This document shows positions 48,134 through 57,292 of a stretch of 60,507 bases of DNA, piece by piece. This DNA is from an uncultured Gammaproteobacteria bacterium (GTDB taxonomy: Bacteria; Patescibacteriota; Patescibacteriia; UBA1558; 2-01-FULL-52-15), in contig CAYHYG010000001.1 of assembly GCA_964360835.1 (NCBI GenBank), positions 3,105 through 63,611 of the forward strand. Reading direction: 5' to 3'. A program made the position numbers and the translations under genes. The notes under the pieces were generated by a model. That model did no database searches. It was given only the letters and a program-made list of their open reading frames with translations, and was not told the origin of the DNA. Position 1 is the stretch's first letter. Every line of letters begins with the position of its first letter.

Positions 48134-48420
48134 AGTCTCTATTGTTTAGGCGAAAAATCGATTTCAAAGGTGCAGTGTCTGGGTACAGCGCTGATGCCCG
48201 TTGCATCTGGCCTCCCAGACGGGTGGGCGCGTGCCCGTGATCACCTCCTTCCCGGGATTGCTCTACCGCTTCAGCACCGTGCCGAAACCCGAGCGGGAGT
48301 AATCCAGCGAAAACATGAGGTTGATCACCTCCTTTCATCCGGCAAGAAGATAATTCGCCTACTCATCTCCCTCCTTATCAGCTTTGAGCTGACTGCTGAA
48401 AATAGGATAGCTCAAAATAC
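48134..48420 (-). other. unassigned G+C-rich, terminator-bounded 287-nt region with three AAGGAGG boxes
   Basis: Identical 13-mers TGATCACCTCCTT at 48238-48250 and 48322-48334, plus TCCCTCCTT at 48368-48376. These read as SDs on the minus strand. Only 13- and 17-codon mini-ORFs follow. Confidence 0.6.
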
Positions 48421-48465
48421 GAAAAAAATAAAGAACGACCCCATCCACCAAAAGCGGACGGGGTC
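48421..48465 (-). terminator. intrinsic terminator of the 200-aa gene
   Basis: On the minus strand: GACCCCGTCC-9 nt-GGATGGGGTC (one G-U pair on this strand only), then GTTCTTTATTTTTTT. Confidence 0.8.
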
Positions 48466-48482
48466 GCATTGACTCTGCTTGT

Positions 48483-49085
48483 TCAGACGCTCGACGGCGC
48501 CTGCTGCAAAAGAAAATCTTCCATCGTATTGTCGCAGAAATAGTACATTCTGCGGCACTCCTCGACGGAGACACTGTCGTTGTACAGATGGAAGAGAAGC
48601 CCGATCTTGACTGGCAACCGACGACCGCTGATGCGCTCCTTGATGATGCGCTCCTTGATGATGCGCTTAGCGGCGATCAGACTCCTGATCTGACTGACGA
48701 TGGTCATGTTGGCTCGTCCGGCCACGGCACAGGGGAAATGCGCTTCGAGGAAGATCTGGGCGATCTCGTCCTTCACCTGCAGAGTCTGCAGGATCTGGTA
48801 CTGCACGAACGGCGCAGAATTAAAGCCCCCTCTGTTGTTAGCTGGCGCCATAGCGTCAGCCATCATTCCGCCTCCATTGAAGGCCAGAACGTGGGGCTCG
48901 TTGCCCCGAAAAACCTGGAAGAGATGAGCCATCTTGTCGCGTGAGTGGCTGCAGTCGCCACACATGACGACCGCGATATCGCGACCACCGACCTCGTCAT
49001 TGATCTTCTGGACACGCTCGGCATCCAGATGCTGAAATACCCCTGCCTCCTTGGCTCGGAAAAAGAACTGCAAATCTGCTGGCAA
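48483..49085 (-). CDS. hypothetical 200-aa protein, distant paralog of the 141-aa beta-CA-like protein
   Basis: TTG start 5 nt after AGGGAGGT. AVVMCGDCSHSR and AHFPCAVAG line up by eye with the CIDFR / HWDCG blocks of ORF 49282..49707. G+C-rich. Confidence 0.55.
   Translation of the reverse strand: MPADLQFFFRAKEAGVFQHLDAERVQKINDEVGGRDIAVVMCGDCSHSRDKMAHLFQVFRGNEPHVLAFNGGGMMADAMAPANNRGGFNSAPFVQYQILQTLQVKDEIAQIFLEAHFPCAVAGRANMTIVSQIRSLIAAKRIIKERIIKERISGRRLPVKIGLLFHLYNDSVSVEECRRMYYFCDNTMEDFLLQQAPSSV
48630..48668. repeat. 15-bp tandem repeat x2.6 inside the 200-aa CDS
   Basis: GATGCGCTCCTTGAT occurs at 48630-44 and 48645-59, with a partial third copy; it encodes (IIKER)2. Confidence 0.9.
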
Positions 49086-49144
49086 CTTTTACCTCCCTGT
49101 GTAAACCGCCCTAGAATGACTACGATACGGACCGCAAAGAAAAT

Positions 49145-49173
49145 ATTATCCTCTATTTTCAAATATTTGTCAA
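49145..49173 (-). promoter_or_regulatory. near-consensus promoter of the 200-aa gene
   Basis: On the minus strand: TTGACA (49173-49168), 17-nt spacer, GATAAT (49150-49145). Confidence 0.6.
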
Positions 49174-49281
49174 TATAGCAAATCTTGGCGAACTGTTAAG
49201 GAAAATCCTTAAGGAGAAATAGTAACATCTAGACTAGCTCCGCAAAAAAACTCTCTACAGGCTGTTTTTGAGGCTCCTTTA

Positions 49282-49707
49282 CTAAAGGATCTTATAAGTT
49301 ACCCCTGTATCAGTGCCTCGACTGTAGGCCATAAGTATCTCCACGCCTGTCAGCTGTGTCTGTAGAACCTCTTTGGCCTGACGCAGATCAGTCTCATAAG
49401 CCGCCGCTTCGGCCTCGGCTGAGGCAAAAGCCTTGGATCCACCATAACCACCACAGTCCCAATGATTGAGAATAACTAATTTTTTGATAGTGTGCAGACC
49501 ACAGCAGACGTTCTTAATCGTAGCTATCATTTTCTCACGCATAATGTCATCGTGGACGATAGCCTTGGCCGCGCCTGGCCAGGCGATTAAATCAAAATCC
49601 TCCAGGCGGAATTGTTGATTAATGAATTGCTGATCAACTTCTCTGAAACGAAAATCTATACATTTGATGACAGCCAGTTCGCAATGATGTTTGTTTAGGT
49701 CTAGCAT
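49282..49707 (-). CDS. 141-aa protein with beta-carbonic-anhydrase-like zinc motifs; last gene of the atp operon
   Basis: C16-I-D-F-R20 (CxDxR) and H82-W-D-C85-G (HxxCG), spaced as in beta-CAs. Starts 19 nt after the atpC stop. Confidence 0.5.
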   Translation of the reverse strand: MLDLNKHHCELAVIKCIDFRFREVDQQFINQQFRLEDFDLIAWPGAAKAIVHDDIMREKMIATIKNVCCGLHTIKKLVILNHWDCGGYGGSKAFASAEAEAAAYETDLRQAKEVLQTQLTGVEILMAYSRGTDTGVTYKIL

Positions 49708-49726
49708 TTTTTTAAATCAATATTGA

Positions 49727-50173
49727 TTATAAATTATTATCATGATGTTTCGTATGACCACCCCGTTCTTTAAATTTCCGAGAAACGTTCAACTTCGATG
49801 TTTCTCGCTCGATCAAGGCTCGTAACATTTCATAATTTCTATCCTGAATGCCTGTGGTCTCCAAAGCTTTCTGCGCCCGCTCAATAGCTTGTCTCACTTT
49901 GGTATCATCAATTTCTGACGCCATCTGCCCAGCATCAGCCAAAACAACTAATCCATGCGGTACGATTTCCACAAAACCACCTTCAATGGCAATAAAGCCC
50001 TCCTGATGTTCTGCCTGATAACGGATTTCACCAGCGGTCAGAGAGCTAATCAAAGTAATGTGGTGTGGTAAAATCGTAATCTGACCGCTACTGGACGGCA
50101 AGGTTACTTGGGTAACTTCTCCTTCAAATAATACACGTTCAGGAGTCACGATTTTTAAGTTTAATATGTTCAT
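49727..50173 (-). CDS. atpC: F1 ATP synthase epsilon subunit
   Basis: LKIVTPERVLFEGEV, GGFVEI and operon position. Confidence 0.92.
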   Translation of the reverse strand: MNILNLKIVTPERVLFEGEVTQVTLPSSSGQITILPHHITLISSLTAGEIRYQAEHQEGFIAIEGGFVEIVPHGLVVLADAGQMASEIDDTKVRQAIERAQKALETTGIQDRNYEMLRALIERETSKLNVSRKFKERGGHTKHHDNNL

Positions 50174-50246
50174 ATTTGATAATCTTCCACGAGCACTCGC
50201 GAAGTGGTCTAGTTTACTAGATCGCGTCGCAAGCTCGCGAATAAAG

Positions 50247-51659
<1,413 letters not shown>

Positions 51660-51715
51660 TTAAACCTCCCCTGTTTCTCCTCCTTACAAAGAAGGGGCGC
51701 GAGGTGGTTAAGTTC

Positions 51716-52624
51716 CTAGCCACTAAGTCCCTCCGCCCCAGCTGAAATCTCCGCAATCTCCGCTGTGATACCGGCCTGACGAACCCTATTAAAAGCTAAG
51801 GTCAGATCACTAATCATATCAGAGGCGGCATCGCTAGCGTTGCGCATGGCCATCATTCGAGCTGAGTGTTCTGACGCCTCTGACTCCAAAACCATCTGAT
51901 ACAGCTGTACTTCTACTAAACGAATTAACATTGATTCTAGCACCTCATTCAGTGACGGCTCAAAGATGTACTCGGAGAAATCCACTTGGTCAAGATCCAC
52001 CGTGACGTCGTGCGAAGGATGAGCTAAATATCTACTTGGTTTGACTAGCGGCAATAGATGCCTGATGCGTGCTTCTTGACGTAAGCTGGAATGAAAATGG
52101 GTGTAGGCTACAACTACTTCATCGTATTGCTTGGCAATAAAACCATGCACAAGATGTTGAGATAATTTGACAACATCAGCCACCTCATCGGTAATATCAT
52201 CCTTAGGGTAATCAGCGGTAATATTCATCTTCCAAGAAGCTAGTCCAGCAGCGGCTTTACGACCAAAGGTAATATATTCAACCGCAACCTCGCCATCCCA
52301 GCCTTCTTTTTTAATTAACTTCCTCACTTTATCAACCACTGATAAGTTATAGCCACCGCACAAGCCTCGGTTGCTTCCTACAACCAAAATCCCTACTTTT
52401 TTTACGGGACGTTCGGCTAATAAGGGATGTGAATCTTTATCAACTCTGCGAGCTAAATTCAAAACTAGATTCCAAGCCAGATCAGAGTAGCGACGCGAAA
52501 CCAAAACACGCTCTACAGCTCGGCGCATCTTGCTGGCCGCCACCAACTCCATAGCTTTGGTAATCTTATGGGTGCTCGTAACGGACTTAATCCTTCGTTT
52601 GATATCCCGTGTTAATTGAGGCAT
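51716..52624 (-). CDS. atpG: F1 ATP synthase gamma subunit
   Basis: IKRRIKSVTSTHKITKAMELVAASKMRRA and the C-terminal ITAEIAEISAGAE. Confidence 0.93.
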   Translation of the reverse strand: MPQLTRDIKRRIKSVTSTHKITKAMELVAASKMRRAVERVLVSRRYSDLAWNLVLNLARRVDKDSHPLLAERPVKKVGILVVGSNRGLCGGYNLSVVDKVRKLIKKEGWDGEVAVEYITFGRKAAAGLASWKMNITADYPKDDITDEVADVVKLSQHLVHGFIAKQYDEVVVAYTHFHSSLRQEARIRHLLPLVKPSRYLAHPSHDVTVDLDQVDFSEYIFEPSLNEVLESMLIRLVEVQLYQMVLESEASEHSARMMAMRNASDAASDMISDLTLAFNRVRQAGITAEIAEISAGAEGLSG

Positions 52625-52627
52625 GTC

Positions 52628-53092
52628 TTATTTCTTTACCTGACTCTTTAATATCCAAGAAGAAGTATATGACTTATATTTCTTTTTTTGCTCCTGCGAC
52701 AGCATTCTATAAGCGCCTATAATTCCTCTACAATCATCACTACCACATTTACATTTCATTCTCCAAGGATCATTTTCAGTCATAGCATAATCCCAAGTAA
52801 TCTCTTCTCCGGCATTAATATTTCTCATGGCAACTATACGGTTATCTCTTTTTATTCCACAATTTGGTTTGCAGGAATGATTAATTGATGTTGCAATTCC
52901 CTTTGAATCCCTCCACCTTCGGGATCCAATTTGAATAGCGTGATTTTCTAAATACCTATTCCAAGCATGATCATACTGATATATCTTACCATCAAATTCA
53001 GCAATTATTTCGCCTTTCTTTATTGGCCTAGTCGCAAACACTCCTTGACCCCGCTGCTTAGTTTTTCTCGTGATCACTTTTGGATTATCCAT
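52628..53092 (-). CDS. SET-domain protein-lysine methyltransferase inserted between atpA and atpG
   Basis: GQGVFATRPIKKGEII, NHSCKPNC, GEEITWDY and post-SET CKCGSDDCRG. Lies 16 nt after the atpA stop and 3 nt before the atpG start. Confidence 0.85.
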   Translation of the reverse strand: MDNPKVITRKTKQRGQGVFATRPIKKGEIIAEFDGKIYQYDHAWNRYLENHAIQIGSRRWRDSKGIATSINHSCKPNCGIKRDNRIVAMRNINAGEEITWDYAMTENDPWRMKCKCGSDDCRGIIGAYRMLSQEQKKKYKSYTSSWILKSQVKK

Positions 53093-53104
53093 GGTAAAGC
53101 CACT

Positions 53105-53121
53105 ATTACTAATTACTAACT
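53105..53121. repeat. short ATTACTA heptamer array overlapping the atpA stop
   Basis: attacta attacta act...; atpA stop at 53109-53111. Confidence 0.6.
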
Positions 53122-54614
53122 ACTTCTTTAATAGCTTCCTGCAATATCTTCTCATTCTCTTCTGACAAAACTCCGCTCTTCTTAATATCTACCAGTAGTT
53201 CCGAATAATTAGCCGTCATGTGGTCATATAACTTTTGCTCGAAGTCTCTGACTTTCTCTACTGGCACTTCATCGATCAAACCATTGACCGCTGCGTACAT
53301 AATAACTACCTGCAGCTCAACCGGAATCGGTCTGAATTGTCCCTGTTTCAAAAGCTCAACTACGCGTTTACCGCGACTCAGACGACTCTGTGTCTCCGCG
53401 TCAAGGTCAGAACCAAATTGAGCAAAGGCCTCGAGTTCACGATATTGTGCCATATCCAATTTTAATTTGCCCGCCACTTTTTTCATGGCTTTGATCTGCG
53501 CCGCCGAACCGACACGCGAAACAGAAATACCGACGTTCACTGCCGGACGGAAACCTTGATAAAACAAATCTGATTCCAGGAAAATTTGACCGTCAGTAAT
53601 GGAGATAACATTGGTCGGGATATAAGCTGAGACGTCTCCAGCTTGTGTCTCGATAATCGGCAAGGCAGTCAGAGAGCCGCCACCATTTTCTGAATTCAAA
53701 CGAGCGGAACGCTCCAGCAAACGTGAATGTAAGTAAAAAATATCTCCCGGATAAGCCTCCCGTCCCGGTGGTCGGCGTAAAAGTAATGAAATCTGACGAT
53801 AGGCCACGGCTTGCTTGGATAAATCATCATAGATAACCAAGACATCTTTACCCTGATCCATGAAGTATTCACCGATAGCACAGCCGGCGTAAGGCGCGAT
53901 AAATGACATAGCGGCTGGATCAGAGGCACCAGCTAAGACAATGGTAGTGTAATCCATGGCTCCGGCCGCTTCCAAGCGAGCGATAATCTGGGCTACCTTG
54001 GATTCCTTCTGACCAATCGCGACATAGATACAAATGACGCTGCTGTCCTTCTGGTTGATAATAGTATCGATAGCAATGGCCGTCTTGCCTGTCTGACGGT
54101 CACCGATAATTAATTCTCTCTGTCCTCGTCCAATCGGGATCATGGCATCAATTGATTTAATACCCGTTTGCAGGGGCACACTGACTGACTGACGAGTAAT
54201 AACTCCCGGAGCAACTTTCTCTACCGGATAAGTCTGGCTAGATTTAATAGCACCTTTACCGTCCAATGGCTGACCTAGAGCGTTGACCACACGACCAACT
54301 ACTTCCTCTCCCACCGGTACTTCCAAAACCTTTCCAGTGGAACGAACGACATCTCCTTCTTTCAACCCCAAATAGTCACCAAGAATCATAATACCGATAC
54401 TATCTTCCTCTAGGTTTAGGACCACGCCGTCTATTTTATGGCCATCATCGGTTTCCAATTCCACCATTTCCATAGCCAGCGCTTGTGACAAACCGGAAGC
54501 AGTGGCAATACCATCTCCTACTTCGATGATATGACCGATCTTTTCTTCCTTGGGATTAAATTCGAAACCCTCCAATTTCTTCTGTAGATTTTTGACTAGA
54601 TAATCGTATGACAT
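53109..54614 (-). CDS. atpA: F1 ATP synthase alpha subunit
   Basis: GDRQTGKTA Walker A; the length and blocks are typical. Confidence 0.97.
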   Translation of the reverse strand: MSYDYLVKNLQKKLEGFEFNPKEEKIGHIIEVGDGIATASGLSQALAMEMVELETDDGHKIDGVVLNLEEDSIGIMILGDYLGLKEGDVVRSTGKVLEVPVGEEVVGRVVNALGQPLDGKGAIKSSQTYPVEKVAPGVITRQSVSVPLQTGIKSIDAMIPIGRGQRELIIGDRQTGKTAIAIDTIINQKDSSVICIYVAIGQKESKVAQIIARLEAAGAMDYTTIVLAGASDPAAMSFIAPYAGCAIGEYFMDQGKDVLVIYDDLSKQAVAYRQISLLLRRPPGREAYPGDIFYLHSRLLERSARLNSENGGGSLTALPIIETQAGDVSAYIPTNVISITDGQIFLESDLFYQGFRPAVNVGISVSRVGSAAQIKAMKKVAGKLKLDMAQYRELEAFAQFGSDLDAETQSRLSRGKRVVELLKQGQFRPIPVELQVVIMYAAVNGLIDEVPVEKVRDFEQKLYDHMTANYSELLVDIKKSGVLSEENEKILQEAIKEVVSN

Positions 54615-54621
54615 AAGTATT

Positions 54622-55023
54622 TTATGGCTGCAGCAGATGTCGCTGTAAATTAATTAATTGCTTATTTAAAGTCGCGTCGTAGACCGTATCACCGTAGTAA
54701 ATTCGGTAGCCCCCGAGAATCATCTGATCCAGATCCTCTCCTAATTCCACTTTCTTCTTCAACTCGTGCTCTAGCTTCTTCTTTATCTCGTGCCGCTGTG
54801 ATTCACTCAGAGCTGTCCTGGAACTTACTCTGACCAAAACTGTCTTTTCTTCCTGACGGTGTACGTCAGCCAATAATGAAAGTATAACGCTACGTTTACT
54901 GAATAGCCGATGTTGTCTCAGCCAGCTGAAAAAATTATCAGTGATCTGATCGATTTCTTTGGGCTTCTTATCTTTGGTAGCCAGATATAACGCCCGCGCT
55001 ATAATTTTTAAATTTGTCTTCAT
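54622..55023 (-). CDS. atpH: F1 ATP synthase delta subunit (short)
   Basis: Operon position, ARALYLA start and the C-terminal [16 protein letters not shown]. Confidence 0.8.
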   Translation of the reverse strand: MKTNLKIIARALYLATKDKKPKEIDQITDNFFSWLRQHRLFSKRSVILSLLADVHRQEEKTVLVRVSSRTALSESQRHEIKKKLEHELKKKVELGEDLDQMILGGYRIYYGDTVYDATLNKQLINLQRHLLQP

Positions 55024-55064
55024 ACCTTCAGTTTTGATTTTTTACCTTTGAATTTTAACTTTTT

Positions 55065-55562
55065 TTACTTCCATTCCTTCAAACTCTGGCTAATTAATTT
55101 CTTATCAACTGCGCTATCAACCTTAGTCTTCAAGACTCTGGCTGTAGCTTGCATGATCAACTCAGCGGCTTCAGCTTTGATTTCGGACATCATGACTTCC
55201 TTTTCACTCTGAATCTGCTCCTTGGCTTGTGCTACTACTTGCGCCACTTTCTGTTCCGTCTGATCCAAAATTTCCTGACGTTTAAACTCTGCTTTCTTAC
55301 TAGCTTCGGCAATAATTTCTACAGCTTCACGTTTGGCTTGGGCGATCTGTTTAGCAGATTCCTGAGACGTGCGCGCCACCTCAGTCTCAATTTGCTTGGC
55401 TTGATTTAGACTTTTGGCAATGGTGGCACTACGTTCTGTCATCGTCTTGAGTAATGGCTTGAGGGCAAAGCGATAAATAGCAAAGAAAACAATAACAAAA
55501 TTAACAAACTGAGCAGCCATTAATTTCCAATCAATGTGAAATGTAGTTATAAGTGCTTCCAT
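55065..55562 (-). CDS. atpF: Fo ATP synthase subunit b
   Basis: N-terminal TM plus a long charged helix (ERSATIAKSLNQAKQIE...). Confidence 0.85.
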   Translation of the reverse strand: MEALITTFHIDWKLMAAQFVNFVIVFFAIYRFALKPLLKTMTERSATIAKSLNQAKQIETEVARTSQESAKQIAQAKREAVEIIAEASKKAEFKRQEILDQTEQKVAQVVAQAKEQIQSEKEVMMSEIKAEAAELIMQATARVLKTKVDSAVDKKLISQSLKEWK

Positions 55563-55636
55563 AGTTCTAATTTAAATATTTTAATCGAATATTTTTGCTA
55601 TCATTTATTTTAACAGCAAAAATATTCTCAAAAACA

Positions 55637-55927
<291 letters not shown>

Positions 55928-55937
55928 TTATTAGATA

Positions 55938-56016
55938 GTTACGTGATTCGTAACTAGTAACTGGTAATTAGTAATTAGGGATGACCTAGTTACTGATTAC
56001 AAATTACTAATCACTA
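55938..56016. repeat. GTAAC/GTAAT - GTTAC/ATTAC inverted heptamer array in the atpB-atpE spacer, overlapping the atpB stop
   Basis: GTAATTAGTAATTAG (55966-55980) pairs with CTAGTTACTGATTAC (55986-56000): 13 Watson-Crick pairs plus 2 G-U, the G-U pairs on the plus strand only. atpB stop at 56014-16. Confidence 0.85.
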
Positions 56017-56919
56017 ATGACTCTCCTCTGAATGATCCTGAGCCGCAATGGTAAAGTAAACCAGCGTCAATATGGCAAAAATCAACGCCTGAATAATACC
56101 AACGATGACTTCCAGAAACATGAAAGGTATCGGTAAGATGAAGGCGAAGATTGAAGCCATAGCCATAAGTAAAACTTCGCCGGCAAAGATATTGCCGAAT
56201 AAACGAAAAGAGAGCGAAGCTACTTTGGCCAGTTCACCGATAATCTCAATCAGACCAACAAAAAATTTAATCGGATTAACGATAACCGCAGCCATATTGT
56301 GTTTCATGTCGGAGGGGATAGAAATCAAAGTCTGCACATTAATAAATTTATTAAAATATTTCCAACCACCCACTACCATGACACCAAAAATATTTGCCGC
56401 GATAACGGAAAATAAACCCATGGCCAAGGTAGTATTGATATCAGCCGTCGAGCCCCGGAAAAACGGAATGAATAGTGATTCGCCGCCATGTTCTTCTAGG
56501 TAGCCGATAGAACCAACTCCTGGGATTAAACCGAGCCAATTATTAACTAGGACAAATAAAAAAACGGAAAAGACTAATGGGAATACTTTCTCCGTTATAC
56601 GTCTGTCATTTGTGACAGAATCTGCCAAATTCATGGCGCCGTCTATAATGACCTCGGCAAAATTCTGTAGCTGACCAGGAATTCTTTTTATTTTTCTGCC
56701 AACAGTCAGACTTAGGACTATCAGGATGATGAGCGCTACCCAAGCAGTCAATAATGAATTGGTTATCGTAAAATTTTTAAACTGTAGTACTGGTTCGGCA
56801 AAAATTGTAGTTTCGTGACGAATTTCTGCGGTAGCGGCTTCCGTTTCATTTGCTTCAATCTCACCCCCTTCAAGTGTGGCGGTCTCGGCTACATTATTAT
56901 TTGTTACCTCTGTACTCAT
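56014..56919 (-). CDS. atpB: Fo ATP synthase subunit a
   Basis: Multi-TM; LSFRLFGNIFAGE (conserved Arg motif). Confidence 0.92.
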   Translation of the reverse strand: MSTEVTNNNVAETATLEGGEIEANETEAATAEIRHETTIFAEPVLQFKNFTITNSLLTAWVALIILIVLSLTVGRKIKRIPGQLQNFAEVIIDGAMNLADSVTNDRRITEKVFPLVFSVFLFVLVNNWLGLIPGVGSIGYLEEHGGESLFIPFFRGSTADINTTLAMGLFSVIAANIFGVMVVGGWKYFNKFINVQTLISIPSDMKHNMAAVIVNPIKFFVGLIEIIGELAKVASLSFRLFGNIFAGEVLLMAMASIFAFILPIPFMFLEVIVGIIQALIFAILTLVYFTIAAQDHSEESH

Positions 56920-57173
56920 TCTTTTGAATTTTTAGCTTCTTGCTTCAGATACTCTTTGGCCATTTTAATAATTCCGACCAAAGTGACTACGAAAGCCAGT
57001 GCCATGGCGATCACAAATAGAATTGGCTCAGAGTCAAACTTTCTATCTAACCATTGCCCGCCATAGACCGCCAGAAGCGCGGGGATTATGATCCAGGCCG
57101 TGGCCGTGGTACCTATTTGTAGGGCTAAAGCCTGTGCAGATTTGTTGACTTGGTTTTTTGATTTCTCGTCCAT
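56916..57173 (-). CDS. AtpZ/AtpI-like small membrane protein
   Basis: Two TM segments, GGQWLDRKF motif and a 4-nt overlap with atpB. Confidence 0.6.
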   Translation of the reverse strand: MDEKSKNQVNKSAQALALQIGTTATAWIIIPALLAVYGGQWLDRKFDSEPILFVIAMALAFVVTLVGIIKMAKEYLKQEAKNSKE

Positions 57174-57253
57174 GTTCTAAACAAAAAAACAGGCTGAAAG
57201 CGACATCAGTATATAGGAAAATGGCCTATCAGTCAACGCAAAAAGACTAGCTA

Positions 57254-57282
57254 TTGACAATAATCGAAATATATGGTAATAT
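57254..57282 (+). promoter_or_regulatory. near-consensus promoter facing into the 3' end of the GT39 gene
   Basis: TTGACA (57254-59), 17-nt spacer, TAATAT (57277-82). Confidence 0.55.
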
Positions 57283-57292
57283 AATCTATTAC

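Noticed and set aside
48238-48334. GATCACCTCCTT copies as the 3' end of a 16S rRNA gene.
   Set aside because: There is no flanking 16S sequence: no GTCGTAACAAGGTAACC-type helix 45 region upstream. Two copies sit 84 nt apart, and they read as Shine-Dalgarno boxes on the minus strand.
48078-48472. ORFs 48078..48338 (-) and 48170..48472 (+) in the G+C-rich island.
   Set aside because: Both run through terminator hairpins and have Gly/Arg/Pro-rich translations typical of random frames in G+C-rich DNA. I treated the region as unassigned or non-coding instead.
47862-49280. The island as a prophage, IS element or integron remnant.
   Set aside because: No integrase, transposase, attC-like sites or terminal inverted repeats were recognisable. 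Only compositional and expression-signal differences support a foreign origin.
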